In this document: positions 39,564-47,575 of the stretch, in pieces
Position numbering within the stretch: the stretch's first letter is position 1
Layout: the number at the start of each line of letters is the position of its first letter
Origin: Candidatus Merdivivens pullicola
GTDB taxonomy: Bacteria > Bacteroidota > Bacteroidia > Bacteroidales > UBA932
NCBI GenBank assembly: GCA_017694945.1
Contig: JADIMA010000007.1
Coordinates: forward strand, 1,722 to 65,721
Reading direction: 5' to 3'
Length of the DNA stretch: 64,000 nt
Notes under the pieces: model-generated
The model's input: the letters and a program-made list of their open reading frames with translations, nothing else
Databases searched by the model: none
Told to the model about the DNA's origin: nothing
Program-made: the position numbers and the translations under genes

Positions 39564-41741
39564 TTAGATTGTTGTTAAAGGAGTTACTGATGTGATTATG
39601 CATTCCTGCCTGCCGTCCGGGTATGTGATGACGGCCTTGAGCAGGCGTTCCCCGTCAAAATCGACAGTGAAATTGTCAGGATTTTCTATTGCCTGGTCTT
39701 CAATGTACCATTCGACTGTCGCAGATTCGTCGTCGAGATTCAGCAGTATCAGCCTTACGGTTTCTCCCTTCACGAAGCCGTCACGGTTCATGTAAATGTA
39801 AGGGAAATCGCTGGTGCGGTCGAATGTGGTGAAGTCCACGGAGTATTTGGCGCTTTCAAGTTCCATTTTCGTGTACCAGATTGTTGCCGTGTATCCGGTT
39901 CCGGGCTCAAGGTCTTTGAATGTGATGCTGTCTTCCGCTGCCTCCTGTACCGAAATGCTTTCGCCGTCTTTCAATGACAGTTCAACATGCGCAACGGCCT
40001 CTGTGTCTTCCTTGTCGGTCGTCCATGTGATAGTGGCTTCCTGTCCGATAACGTTTATTTCGTGGCCGGTAATTATCGGCAGTTCGAGCGACGCCTGGTC
40101 AAGAAGCATGAATGTGGCATTGTCCCCCGAAGACTTGATGTCGTGGATTTCGTATTCAATCTCATCGCCGTTCCATGCCTTGTAACTGTCGTGCGTTTCG
40201 CTTGAGAGGATGGTGACATTTTTAGCGCCAGGGAAAAATACATCCGCCACATTGTTTGTAGTTGTTGAGTTTCCTGCCTCTATCAGGTCTGCGCACTGGT
40301 GGTACGGATAACTGTTTACTTCGTTGTAATCCCATCTCTGGCCCGCCGTCAGGTTGAATCCGTAGTAGTATGACGGGCCGGCATTGTTGTTTGACTTGTC
40401 TATGTGATAGACCAGCAGGCCGCTTGTCGGCAGATATGCGTCCCAGCCCTCTTGTTTACGGTATTCAACTACGAAATACTCATTGCCTTTGATAGTTCCG
40501 ATGCGAAGGAATTTGTTGCTCTCATTTATAGGTTCCAGTGTCATGTTGCCGACTTCCGCCTCTACTGGAGTGGCTATGCCGAGCATTTCCCTTTCAAAAG
40601 CATTGTAATATGGAGGGGTGTTGCAGTCGTTGTTGTAGCAGCCGCTGTCCATGATGGAGGTCACTCCCCACAGTGCTTCGGCGATAGGGTATCCGTCATA
40701 ATCGTAACTAGTATCGTATGCATCCATGAGACCGAGGGTGTGGCTGAATTCGTGGCAGAAACTGCCTATTGCAGTGAACTTTGAGCCGTATCCGTAATAA
40801 TCCGTCCTTAATTCGGATGTGCAGGCATAGTCTGAAATACGCACTCCGTCAAGGTACAGGGACGGGTCGTAATAGTCTATTACCCAGGCATGCGACCAGA
40901 TGCAGTCTTGATAGCGCATTGTGTTGTCGGCCTCGTCGTTGCCTGCAAAGAACATGAAAACGAAGTCGCACACGCCGTCTCCGTCAAGGTCGTACTGGCT
41001 GAAATCAATCTGGTCGTCCAGTGCCTTGCAGGCTTCTGCCACCAGTTCATCAGGATGCGCATCGCTTCCGCTGTAATCGTTACCGCCATAGTAGGAGTGG
41101 TTTTTAGGTGCGGTGAATGTTCCGAAAACATCGAACTGAAATTCTGCCATGTCGCCGAACTGCGCTTTGAAATAGTCTTTTATCGAACCGGTGGCTCCGT
41201 TGTCGGAGTAGCCTTCTTCGTTGCACAGGGCATAGAAACGGTCAAGGTTTCCTTCGGTGAATTTGAGATCGGCGAACTCAACAAGTATGATGGCCGCCTT
41301 TATCAGTCTTGTTTCGCCTTCTGCCATAGGAGTCATGGGGCTGTTCATGCGCCTGCTCATCTTGATGTCGTTATAGGCTCTTCTTTTTTCCAAAGCCTTT
41401 TCCTGCAATTGAGATACTGGAATATCGTGTGCGGCCGATATTATCGATTGCGGTACGTTTTTGTCGTTGATTTTATAATCGGTCACTTTGCGTTCGCCGT
41501 TTTCATAGATGACATATCTGAGATATCCGTCATCTCCGAGGCTTACTGCAGCCCCGTCCAGAGTAGTGGTGAGTTTGAAAAATTCGTCTCCGGTGAATCT
41601 GACGGTAACTATGCTACCGTCGGGCTGTTCTATCGTGAATCTGTCGTGTCTGGTCGGCAGTGCCATGCATAAGGCTGCGCTCATTCCTGTCAGAGCAATC
41701 GTAAGGCCTGCCAAAAGTAGGGTTTTAAGAAATTTTGACAT
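39564..41741 (-). CDS. Secreted M6-family (immune inhibitor A-like) zinc metalloprotease with FN3-like C-terminal domains
   Basis: 725 aa with a signal peptide. Zinc motif FCHEFSHTLGLMDAYD (HExxH). The N-terminal FTIEQPDGSIVTVRFTGDEFF block is typical of M6, and there is an FN3-like segment EATITWTT...GYTATIWY. Confidence 0.7.
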   Translation of the reverse strand: MSKFLKTLLLAGLTIALTGMSAALCMALPTRHDRFTIEQPDGSIVTVRFTGDEFFKLTTTLDGAAVSLGDDGYLRYVIYENGERKVTDYKINDKNVPQSIISAAHDIPVSQLQEKALEKRRAYNDIKMSRRMNSPMTPMAEGETRLIKAAIILVEFADLKFTEGNLDRFYALCNEEGYSDNGATGSIKDYFKAQFGDMAEFQFDVFGTFTAPKNHSYYGGNDYSGSDAHPDELVAEACKALDDQIDFSQYDLDGDGVCDFVFMFFAGNDEADNTMRYQDCIWSHAWVIDYYDPSLYLDGVRISDYACTSELRTDYYGYGSKFTAIGSFCHEFSHTLGLMDAYDTSYDYDGYPIAEALWGVTSIMDSGCYNNDCNTPPYYNAFEREMLGIATPVEAEVGNMTLEPINESNKFLRIGTIKGNEYFVVEYRKQEGWDAYLPTSGLLVYHIDKSNNNAGPSYYYGFNLTAGQRWDYNEVNSYPYHQCADLIEAGNSTTTNNVADVFFPGAKNVTILSSETHDSYKAWNGDEIEYEIHDIKSSGDNATFMLLDQASLELPIITGHEINVIGQEATITWTTDKEDTEAVAHVELSLKDGESISVQEAAEDSITFKDLEPGTGYTATIWYTKMELESAKYSVDFTTFDRTSDFPYIYMNRDGFVKGETVRLILLNLDDESATVEWYIEDQAIENPDNFTVDFDGERLLKAVITYPDGRQECIITSVTPLTTI

Positions 41742-41779
41742 TTTGGAGGGTTTGTTTTACTTTAATTTCAATCAGTCGG

Positions 41780-41787
41780 CAAATATA
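41780..41787 (-). promoter_or_regulatory. -7 promoter box TATATTTG for the M6 protease operon
   Basis: Exact TAnnTTTG on the minus strand, 38 nt upstream of the ATG at 41741. Confidence 0.45.
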
Positions 41788-41885
41788 AGATTTTTTAACA
41801 GAAAAAGGATAATATGATGTGTGCAACACTGTTATTTGAAGAGTTCTATTGCTGGCGCATGAGTGCGCCATGATGAGGATGCTGT

Positions 41886-41920
41886 ATATAAAAAGGGCAG
41901 GAACAAGCCTGTTCCTGCCC
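41886..41920 (-). terminator. Rho-independent terminator of the 41959-43602 gene
   Basis: Perfect 10-bp stem GGGCAGGAAC / GTTCCTGCCC, followed on the minus strand by TTTTT. Confidence 0.8.
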
Positions 41921-41958
41921 TTGATTATTCCTTTTCTAATCCTCATCGGTTAGAAATC

Positions 41959-43602
41959 TTACCTGTACTGTGCGAACTCGATGTCCTTAGCAGCCCTTGC
42001 AGCGAGTTCCTCACTGCCTTCAACTTTTGCAAGATTTGCTTTCACAGCCTCTGCATCACCCTTGCGAGCGGCGATGATTGCTTTGAGGTATGCCGAATAA
42101 GGGCATTCGCAGTCGATAGCCTTGGATGCTTCGTCAAGTTTGTTGTTGAGGATGTATGCTATCTTCAGGTTGTGGTTGTCGGTGCCTTCAAGTTTTGCAA
42201 GAGCGGCAGCATAGTCGCCTGAATAGATGTCGATGATAGCAAGATTCTCTTTCGATGTCTGGTTGTTTGCAGCCTTGAAGTATCCTGCAGCTTCTTCGCA
42301 GTTGCCTTCAGCAAGTGCAAGTGCGCCCTTGAAGTTGTTTGCATAGCAGCAATCCTGGTTGTCAACTTTTGCAAGTTCGCTTGCGGCTGCATCCATGTTG
42401 CCTTCATAGTATCTTACGACAGCAAGGTTGTACTGTGCGCGCTGGCTGTCATATTTCTCGATAGCCTGCTCGTAAATGGTAGCCTTGTCTGCAAGTTCCT
42501 CGGTGATTGAAGCGGCACGGAGAAGAGCCTCTTCGTCGAGGATGTCGATATTGTCGTTGATGAGGGCCTGGAGTTCATCGTTGCTGTAGTTGGTATATTC
42601 GATGTTTGCGATGAACCTTGCGCGGCGGAGCTGAGGGAGGATGTCATGTGCGAGTGTCTTGTAAACCGATGACATGTTCTTGATCTCACGTTCGCGGACA
42701 GCAGGGTCGTTGTACATTGAAAGGACGCGGAGGATGAGGTCTTTGTCTTCAATGTTGGATGCTGAAACGAGTTCCTGGAAGCCTTCCCAGTCTTCAGATA
42801 TGTTCTGTACGTTTACAGGGGCGTCGATTGGGTTCTTCTTGGTAATCTTGTCATAAGCCTTCGATGCTGTCTTGGCGCGTTTTTCAGCAAGTTCGCTGTT
42901 GAAGTCTTCCGGGCCGTCCGGTGAAGCGTATGCTACGATGTCGGTGCCGGTGATTTCCCTGCGCTCGTCAGACTTGATGGCCTCGAGAGCGGCGTTCCAG
43001 TCTTTTACTTCCTGTTTCCTGAGTTCGGAGTTGCGTACAACGGAATTGTTGATAGTGTAGAGAATCTGTGTTTCTTCAGTCTCTGCTATGATTTCCTGGT
43101 AAGCGTCCGGCATATAATCCACTTTGGCAAACTTGTTTGCAAGCATGTAAGTGGTGTTGGCGCCGTCTGCAACTTTGATTACAGGGGTTTCATAAGATTT
43201 CTTTTTGAATTTGACAACTCCTCTGAGTTCGAGGTGGCTCTGTTCCATTCCGGGAACATAGTCGAATGATACGTGCTCTTTTACGGTAGCACCGTCTTTT
43301 GCCACGACTTTCCAGTTGTCTTCTACTTTTTCACCCTGGTATGTGAACGGCTCCATTGCCGCTTCGCCGCCTTCATAAACAATGACAGGGGTTACTTCAA
43401 GGATTGCTTTCGGATGGAAATAGTCTGCAGGACATACGACTGTTACTTCGGCGTCGATTTTTCCGCCTACTACCTCAAGAACCTGAGGCTCGCATGTAAC
43501 GACTACATTGGCAGCTTCTTCCGCCATCTTCTTAGGGGAGCTGCAAGCTAAGACTGATGCTCCGGCAAGAGCAATAGCCAACATTTTAAATACTCTGTTC
43601 AT
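41959..43602 (-). CDS. Lipoprotein with degenerate OmpA-like segment and C-terminal TPR-like repeats, function unknown
   Basis: The start is set at MNRVFKMLAIALAGASVLACS (lipobox). YASPDGPEDFNSELAEKRAKTA resembles the OmpA-C peptidoglycan-binding motif. The C-terminus is helical-repeat sequence. Confidence 0.4.
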   Translation of the reverse strand: MNRVFKMLAIALAGASVLACSSPKKMAEEAANVVVTCEPQVLEVVGGKIDAEVTVVCPADYFHPKAILEVTPVIVYEGGEAAMEPFTYQGEKVEDNWKVVAKDGATVKEHVSFDYVPGMEQSHLELRGVVKFKKKSYETPVIKVADGANTTYMLANKFAKVDYMPDAYQEIIAETEETQILYTINNSVVRNSELRKQEVKDWNAALEAIKSDERREITGTDIVAYASPDGPEDFNSELAEKRAKTASKAYDKITKKNPIDAPVNVQNISEDWEGFQELVSASNIEDKDLILRVLSMYNDPAVREREIKNMSSVYKTLAHDILPQLRRARFIANIEYTNYSNDELQALINDNIDILDEEALLRAASITEELADKATIYEQAIEKYDSQRAQYNLAVVRYYEGNMDAAASELAKVDNQDCCYANNFKGALALAEGNCEEAAGYFKAANNQTSKENLAIIDIYSGDYAAALAKLEGTDNHNLKIAYILNNKLDEASKAIDCECPYSAYLKAIIAARKGDAEAVKANLAKVEGSEELAARAAKDIEFAQYR

Positions 43603-43689
43603 AATAAAATTGTAATGGTTAAAATCATTTTCCATGTTAAAATCTGCGGTTTTCACCGCAAACATAAAAAAACTACAAAAATCAAGCTA

Positions 43690-43697
43690 CAAATATA
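43690..43697 (-). promoter_or_regulatory. -7 promoter box TATATTTG for the 41959-43602 gene
   Basis: Exact TAnnTTTG on the minus strand, about 88 nt upstream of the ATG at 43602. Confidence 0.35.
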
Positions 43698-43726
43698 ATG
43701 AAATATTTATTTTATAAATCTTTTTT

Positions 43727-43734
43727 TAACTTTG
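43727..43734 (+). promoter_or_regulatory. -7 promoter box TAACTTTG for the sigma54 activator gene
   Basis: Exact TAnnTTTG, 4 nt (CGGT) before the ATG at 43739. The 12-mer TAACTTTGCGGT is identical to the one at 1387-1398. Confidence 0.5.
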
Positions 43735-43738
43735 CGGT

Positions 43739-44974
43739 ATGTTGAGTCAAGAAGAATTACAAAGGATAAAGAGCGGTTTCGACATCATCGGCAACGACCC
43801 TGCCCTTAATTATGCGGTTGAACTGGCCTATAGGGCGGCTTCGACGGATTTGACCGTACTCGTTACCGGAGAAAGCGGTGTCGGAAAGGAGGCTATCCCG
43901 AAAATCATACATCAGTACAGCGCCCGCAAACATGCGAAGTATTTTGCGGTGAACTGCGGAGGAATACCCGAAGGAACCATAGATTCTGAACTTTTCGGCC
44001 ATGAAAAAGGCGCTTTCACGGGGGCCAATGAAAAACGGAAAGGATATTTTGAAGAAGCGGACGGAGGAACATTGTTTCTTGACGAGGTGGCCGAACTGCC
44101 TCTTCCTTCACAGGCGAAATTGTTGAGGGTGCTGCAGTCCGGCGAGTTCATACGGGTCGGTTCTTCCCAGGTGCTGAAATGCGATGTCCGCGTGATTGCG
44201 GCTACGAATGTCCATCTGGAAGATGCGGTTTCCCGAGGCAAGTTCAGGGCGGATCTGTATTACCGCCTCAATGCCATACCTATATATATTCCGTCCCTGC
44301 GGGAACGCAAGGGGGATATCGAGTTGCTTTTCAGGAAATTCCTGGCGGATTTTTCTGAAAAATACATGACATCCCGTCTCCGTCTTTCCCCTGAAGCGAA
44401 GAAAATCCTTGTCGATTACCGCTGGCCCGGCAATATAAGGCAGTTGAAGAATGTCGCCGAGCAGATGTCGGCCTTTGAATCCCTTTCCGATGCGCGTCAG
44501 AGCGTGGACATATCTGCCGATGTGATGGCAAAATATATCCCGAAGGACAGGGGGGTGACTTTGCCGGCAAGGACGGGTGATGATGATGGAGAGCGGCTTT
44601 CGTCTGCTGATAAAGAGATGATATTCAGGATACTGTATCAGTTGAAGGCCGATGTTGACAATTTGAAGGCGGCCGTGTTCGGAGAAAGCGGAGCACAACT
44701 TCCGGCGGCACCGAAGGTGTTGCCTTCACCTCATGACGATACGCCTATCGTAACTCCTCATGAGACCATCAATGTGGACGACTACGATACCGTAAACGAA
44801 GTCAGCGGGCATACGGTGGCGGACAAGCCGTTGTCGATTCAGGAAGTCAGCGAGGAACTTATAAAGGCGGCATTGAAGCGCAACGGAGGAAAGCGCAGCG
44901 CGGCTGCAAAGGAACTCGGAATATCCGAGAGGACATTGTACAGGAAAATAAAGGAATTTAACATAGACATGTGA
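43739..44974 (+). CDS. Sigma54-dependent transcriptional activator (AAA+ plus Fis-type HTH) without N-terminal sensory domain
   Basis: 411 aa. Walker A GESGVGKE, the sigma54-contact loop GAFTGA and a C-terminal HTH (AAKELGISERTLYRKIKEF). The AAA+ core begins within about 20 residues of the N-terminus. Confidence 0.85.
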   Translation: MLSQEELQRIKSGFDIIGNDPALNYAVELAYRAASTDLTVLVTGESGVGKEAIPKIIHQYSARKHAKYFAVNCGGIPEGTIDSELFGHEKGAFTGANEKRKGYFEEADGGTLFLDEVAELPLPSQAKLLRVLQSGEFIRVGSSQVLKCDVRVIAATNVHLEDAVSRGKFRADLYYRLNAIPIYIPSLRERKGDIELLFRKFLADFSEKYMTSRLRLSPEAKKILVDYRWPGNIRQLKNVAEQMSAFESLSDARQSVDISADVMAKYIPKDRGVTLPARTGDDDGERLSSADKEMIFRILYQLKADVDNLKAAVFGESGAQLPAAPKVLPSPHDDTPIVTPHETINVDDYDTVNEVSGHTVADKPLSIQEVSEELIKAALKRNGGKRSAAAKELGISERTLYRKIKEFNIDM

Positions 44975-44978
44975 TAAA

Positions 44979-45506
44979 ATGACATCTGGAAAGTTTTTTA
45001 AATATTTTTTGCGCACTGCCGCATTCCTTGTGACGGGCCTGGCTGCACAGTCATGTGGGATATATTCGTTTTCAGGAACATCCATTCAGCCTGACGTACA
45101 CTCGATAACAGTCAATTTCATAGAAAACAGGGCTTTGCTGGTGAATCCGGAACTGAGCAACCTCCTTACCGAGGAACTTATAGACAAGTACCGCAAACTC
45201 ACCTCATTGGAGATACTCGATGAAGGAGGGGATCTTGAAGTTGGAGGCGAAATTGTAGGGTACGATGTACGGCCTACAGCCGTAACCGCAGACGAGGTTG
45301 CCGCACAGAACCGTCTTACGATTACCGTGAAGATGTATTATGTGAATAACAAGCATCCTGAAGAAAACTTCGAGCAGAAATCCTTTACCGCCTATGAGGA
45401 CTATGACTCCACCCAGTCCCTCGATGCGGTGCAGAGCACTTTGTGCCAGAATATAGTGGAAATCATAGTCGAGGATATTTTCAACTCCACTGTGGCAAAC
45501 TGGTAG
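44979..45506 (+). CDS. lptE: LPS assembly lipoprotein LptE-like
   Basis: 175 aa with lipobox LAAQSC. It holds the conserved Bacteroidota position between the sigma54 activator and secG (from memory). Confidence 0.5.
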   Translation: MTSGKFFKYFLRTAAFLVTGLAAQSCGIYSFSGTSIQPDVHSITVNFIENRALLVNPELSNLLTEELIDKYRKLTSLEILDEGGDLEVGGEIVGYDVRPTAVTADEVAAQNRLTITVKMYYVNNKHPEENFEQKSFTAYEDYDSTQSLDAVQSTLCQNIVEIIVEDIFNSTVANW

Positions 45507-45510
45507 TGAG

Positions 45511-46074
45511 ATGGAGGCCTTGAGGAACATGCCGTTGCCTGAGTTGAGGCAGCTCCTTGCGGAATTTCCGTGGTTCGCTTCCGGGCATATAGAACTTGTC
45601 CGGAGAGTGGCGCATATAGACTCCGGCGTGATGTCGGAACTTGAAAAGGCTGCATTAAATGTATGGTCACGGGCCGCGCTTTATGATATAGCCAGGAAAA
45701 ATTCCGGTGAAATGGATTTTACCGATGCTGACGCACCGGCAGTTGAAGAAACTGTTCCCGAGCCGAGTCCGCGTATAGTAGTCCTCGGAGGAGATTATTT
45801 TTCGAGAGAGGATCTCGACTCGCTCCGTCCCGAAGACAGGATATTTTCCCTCCTCGGCCGCAACGGGAAAAAGGAAGAGGAAGAGACTTCCGCAGAACCT
45901 GACAATCTCGACAAACCTTTTGACGACATGCGGTTTTATACTGAAACTTTGGCTGCAATTTACGCTGAACAGGGATATTTTGACAAGGCAAAAGAAGTTT
46001 ATAGCAAACTAATTTTGCTATATCCAGAAAAAAGTGCTTACTTTGCATCCCTTATTGAAAAGTTGAAACAATAA
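45511..46074 (+). CDS. Hypothetical protein with one C-terminal TPR-like motif
   Basis: 187 aa. The only recognisable feature is YAEQGYFDKAKEVYSKLILLYPEKSAYF. Confidence 0.3.
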   Translation: MEALRNMPLPELRQLLAEFPWFASGHIELVRRVAHIDSGVMSELEKAALNVWSRAALYDIARKNSGEMDFTDADAPAVEETVPEPSPRIVVLGGDYFSREDLDSLRPEDRIFSLLGRNGKKEEEETSAEPDNLDKPFDDMRFYTETLAAIYAEQGYFDKAKEVYSKLILLYPEKSAYFASLIEKLKQ

Positions 46075-46087
46075 AAATCAAAATATT

Positions 46088-46444
46088 ATGTACATAGCTT
46101 TATCGATTATAATTGTTATCGCATGCGTGCTGCTTACGCTCGTAGTACTTGCGCAGAACAGTAAAGGTGGCGGTCTTGCGGCTAATTTCGGTGTTGCTAA
46201 CCAGACTCTCGGTGTCCGTCAGACGGCAGACCTGCTTGAAAAACTGACCTGGATACTTGCTGGTGTAATCCTTCTGCTTTCAATCGTATGTTCGTTCTTT
46301 ACTGCAGAAAGAAATTCCACTACGATAGATATAACGAAGCAGATCGAGTCGGCTGCCCCTGCAGCGACCCCGGATTTCCCTGCAGCCTTCGATGCTGGCG
46401 GACAGGCACCGGCAACCAATGCGGCAGACACTACTGCAAACTAA
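46088..46444 (+). CDS. secG: Preprotein translocase subunit SecG
   Basis: 118 aa with two TM helices and the LAQNSKGGGLAANFG motif. Confidence 0.75.
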   Translation: MYIALSIIIVIACVLLTLVVLAQNSKGGGLAANFGVANQTLGVRQTADLLEKLTWILAGVILLLSIVCSFFTAERNSTTIDITKQIESAAPAATPDFPAAFDAGGQAPATNAADTTAN

Positions 46445-46470
46445 AATCCGACTGGTTGAACTTTTAGGAA

Positions 46471-46500
46471 GGTGAATCCGGACCGGGTTCACCTTTTTTT
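46471..46500 (+). terminator. Rho-independent terminator after secG
   Basis: GGTGAATCCGG / CCGGGTTCACC stem followed by a T7 run. Confidence 0.8.
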
Positions 46501-46596
46501 GTGTTCCGGTGCGTGCCGCGGCCTGATCGCCTGCGTCCCCGGAAATTTTTTTTAAAATTTTACTACTTTGCGATACAAGGTATTTGAAAAATTACA

Positions 46597-46604
46597 TATA
46601 TTTG
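46597..46604 (+). promoter_or_regulatory. -7 promoter box TATATTTG for the PspC-PadR-PspC cluster
   Basis: Exact TAnnTTTG, 20 nt upstream of the ATG at 46625. Confidence 0.45.
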
Positions 46605-46624
46605 CAGCACCAAATATTTTAAAA

Positions 46625-47206
46625 ATGAAAAGAACATTGAACATTGGAATCGGCAAGCGTAGTTTCGTAATGGACGAAGATGCTTATCAGAAACTGAACG
46701 GCTATCTTGGCGCGTTCAGAAAAGAATTGGGAGGGGCTTATGGCTCGGACGAGGTAATGGACGACCTTGAGATGCGGATTGCGGACATATTTTCAGAGCG
46801 TCTGGCCAATACGGGTAATGTGGTTGACATCAGATTGGTCAATGAGGTGATTTCGCAGCTCGGCATGCCTAACGGGCCGTATAACGGATCGAACGACGGT
46901 TTTGAGGAAAGCGGACGCTGGGAATACCGTAAAGGAAAACCGAAAAGGAGGCTGTACAGGAATCCGGATGACAAGATTCTTTTCGGAGTCTGCGGAGGGC
47001 TGGGAGCGTACCTTGACATAGATTCGGCAATCATCAGGCTGATATTCGTAGTCCTTCTTGTGCTTGGTTCAGCAGGATTCTGGATTTATTTAGTGCTGCT
47101 TATCATAGCGCCGATAGCAAGGACGCCTGTGGAGAAATGTGAAATGATGGGTATCGAACCTACTGCGGAGAATATGAACCGCTTCAGAAACGGTGGCTGT
47201 AATTGA
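46625..47206 (+). CDS. PspC domain-containing membrane protein (short paralog)
   Basis: The start is set at MKRTLNIG. PspC motif RLYRNPDDKILFGVCGGLGAYLDIDSAIIRLIFVVL. The N-terminal approximately 85-aa domain is homologous to that of the 47576 gene. Confidence 0.7.
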   Translation: MKRTLNIGIGKRSFVMDEDAYQKLNGYLGAFRKELGGAYGSDEVMDDLEMRIADIFSERLANTGNVVDIRLVNEVISQLGMPNGPYNGSNDGFEESGRWEYRKGKPKRRLYRNPDDKILFGVCGGLGAYLDIDSAIIRLIFVVLLVLGSAGFWIYLVLLIIAPIARTPVEKCEMMGIEPTAENMNRFRNGGCN

Positions 47207-47221
47207 TAAAAAAGATTGTGT

Positions 47222-47557
47222 ATGGCAACAAATAGCGAAAATAGCAAAGTGCAGATGAGGCGAGGCGTCCTTGAGTATTGCATATTGCTGATACTTAGCA
47301 AGGGAGATGAATATGCCTCTTCAATCATAAATGAATTGAAAAATGCAGACATGATAGTTGTTGAAGGTACTCTTTATCCTTTGCTCATCAGGCAGAAAAA
47401 CCTTGGACTGCTTTCCTATCGCTGGGAGGAGTCCCCTCAGGGGCCTCCGAGAAAATATTACAGTATAACCGACAAGGGGCGCGAATATCTCGCGGAACTT
47501 GATTCGGCATGGAACGAAATAGTTTCCTCTATTGATTCAATAAAAGGAAGAGATTAA
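47222..47557 (+). CDS. PadR family transcriptional regulator
   Basis: 111 aa from the first ATG. Winged-helix block RRGVLEYCILLILSKGDEYASSII...EGTLYPLLIRQKNLGLL...RKYYSITDKG. Confidence 0.85.
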   Translation: MATNSENSKVQMRRGVLEYCILLILSKGDEYASSIINELKNADMIVVEGTLYPLLIRQKNLGLLSYRWEESPQGPPRKYYSITDKGREYLAELDSAWNEIVSSIDSIKGRD

Positions 47558-47575
47558 CAGAAATTTTGGAATGTC

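Noticed and set aside
40890-41672. Long ORFs antisense to recognised genes. Examples: 40890-41672 (260 aa) opposite the M6 protease, 32360-33178 (272 aa) and 31698-32324 opposite transketolase, 44108-44698 opposite the sigma54 activator, 49661-50329 opposite nrdJ, and 31216-31872.
   Set aside because: Each lies entirely inside a gene with strong family motifs on the other strand. Each has low-complexity or Cys/Arg/Val-rich composition and no recognisable motif, no -7 box and no start context. These are typical shadow ORFs.
41853-41870. Palindrome TGGCGCA-TGAG-TGCGCCA upstream of the M6 protease operon, considered as a sigma54 promoter (TGGCAC-N5-TTGC) given the nearby sigma54 activator.
   Set aside because: The GG-to-GC spacing is one nucleotide short of the strict sigma54 spacing, and the -12 element reads TGCG rather than TTGC. 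It may still be an operator for some dimeric regulator, but I cannot support that from sequence alone.
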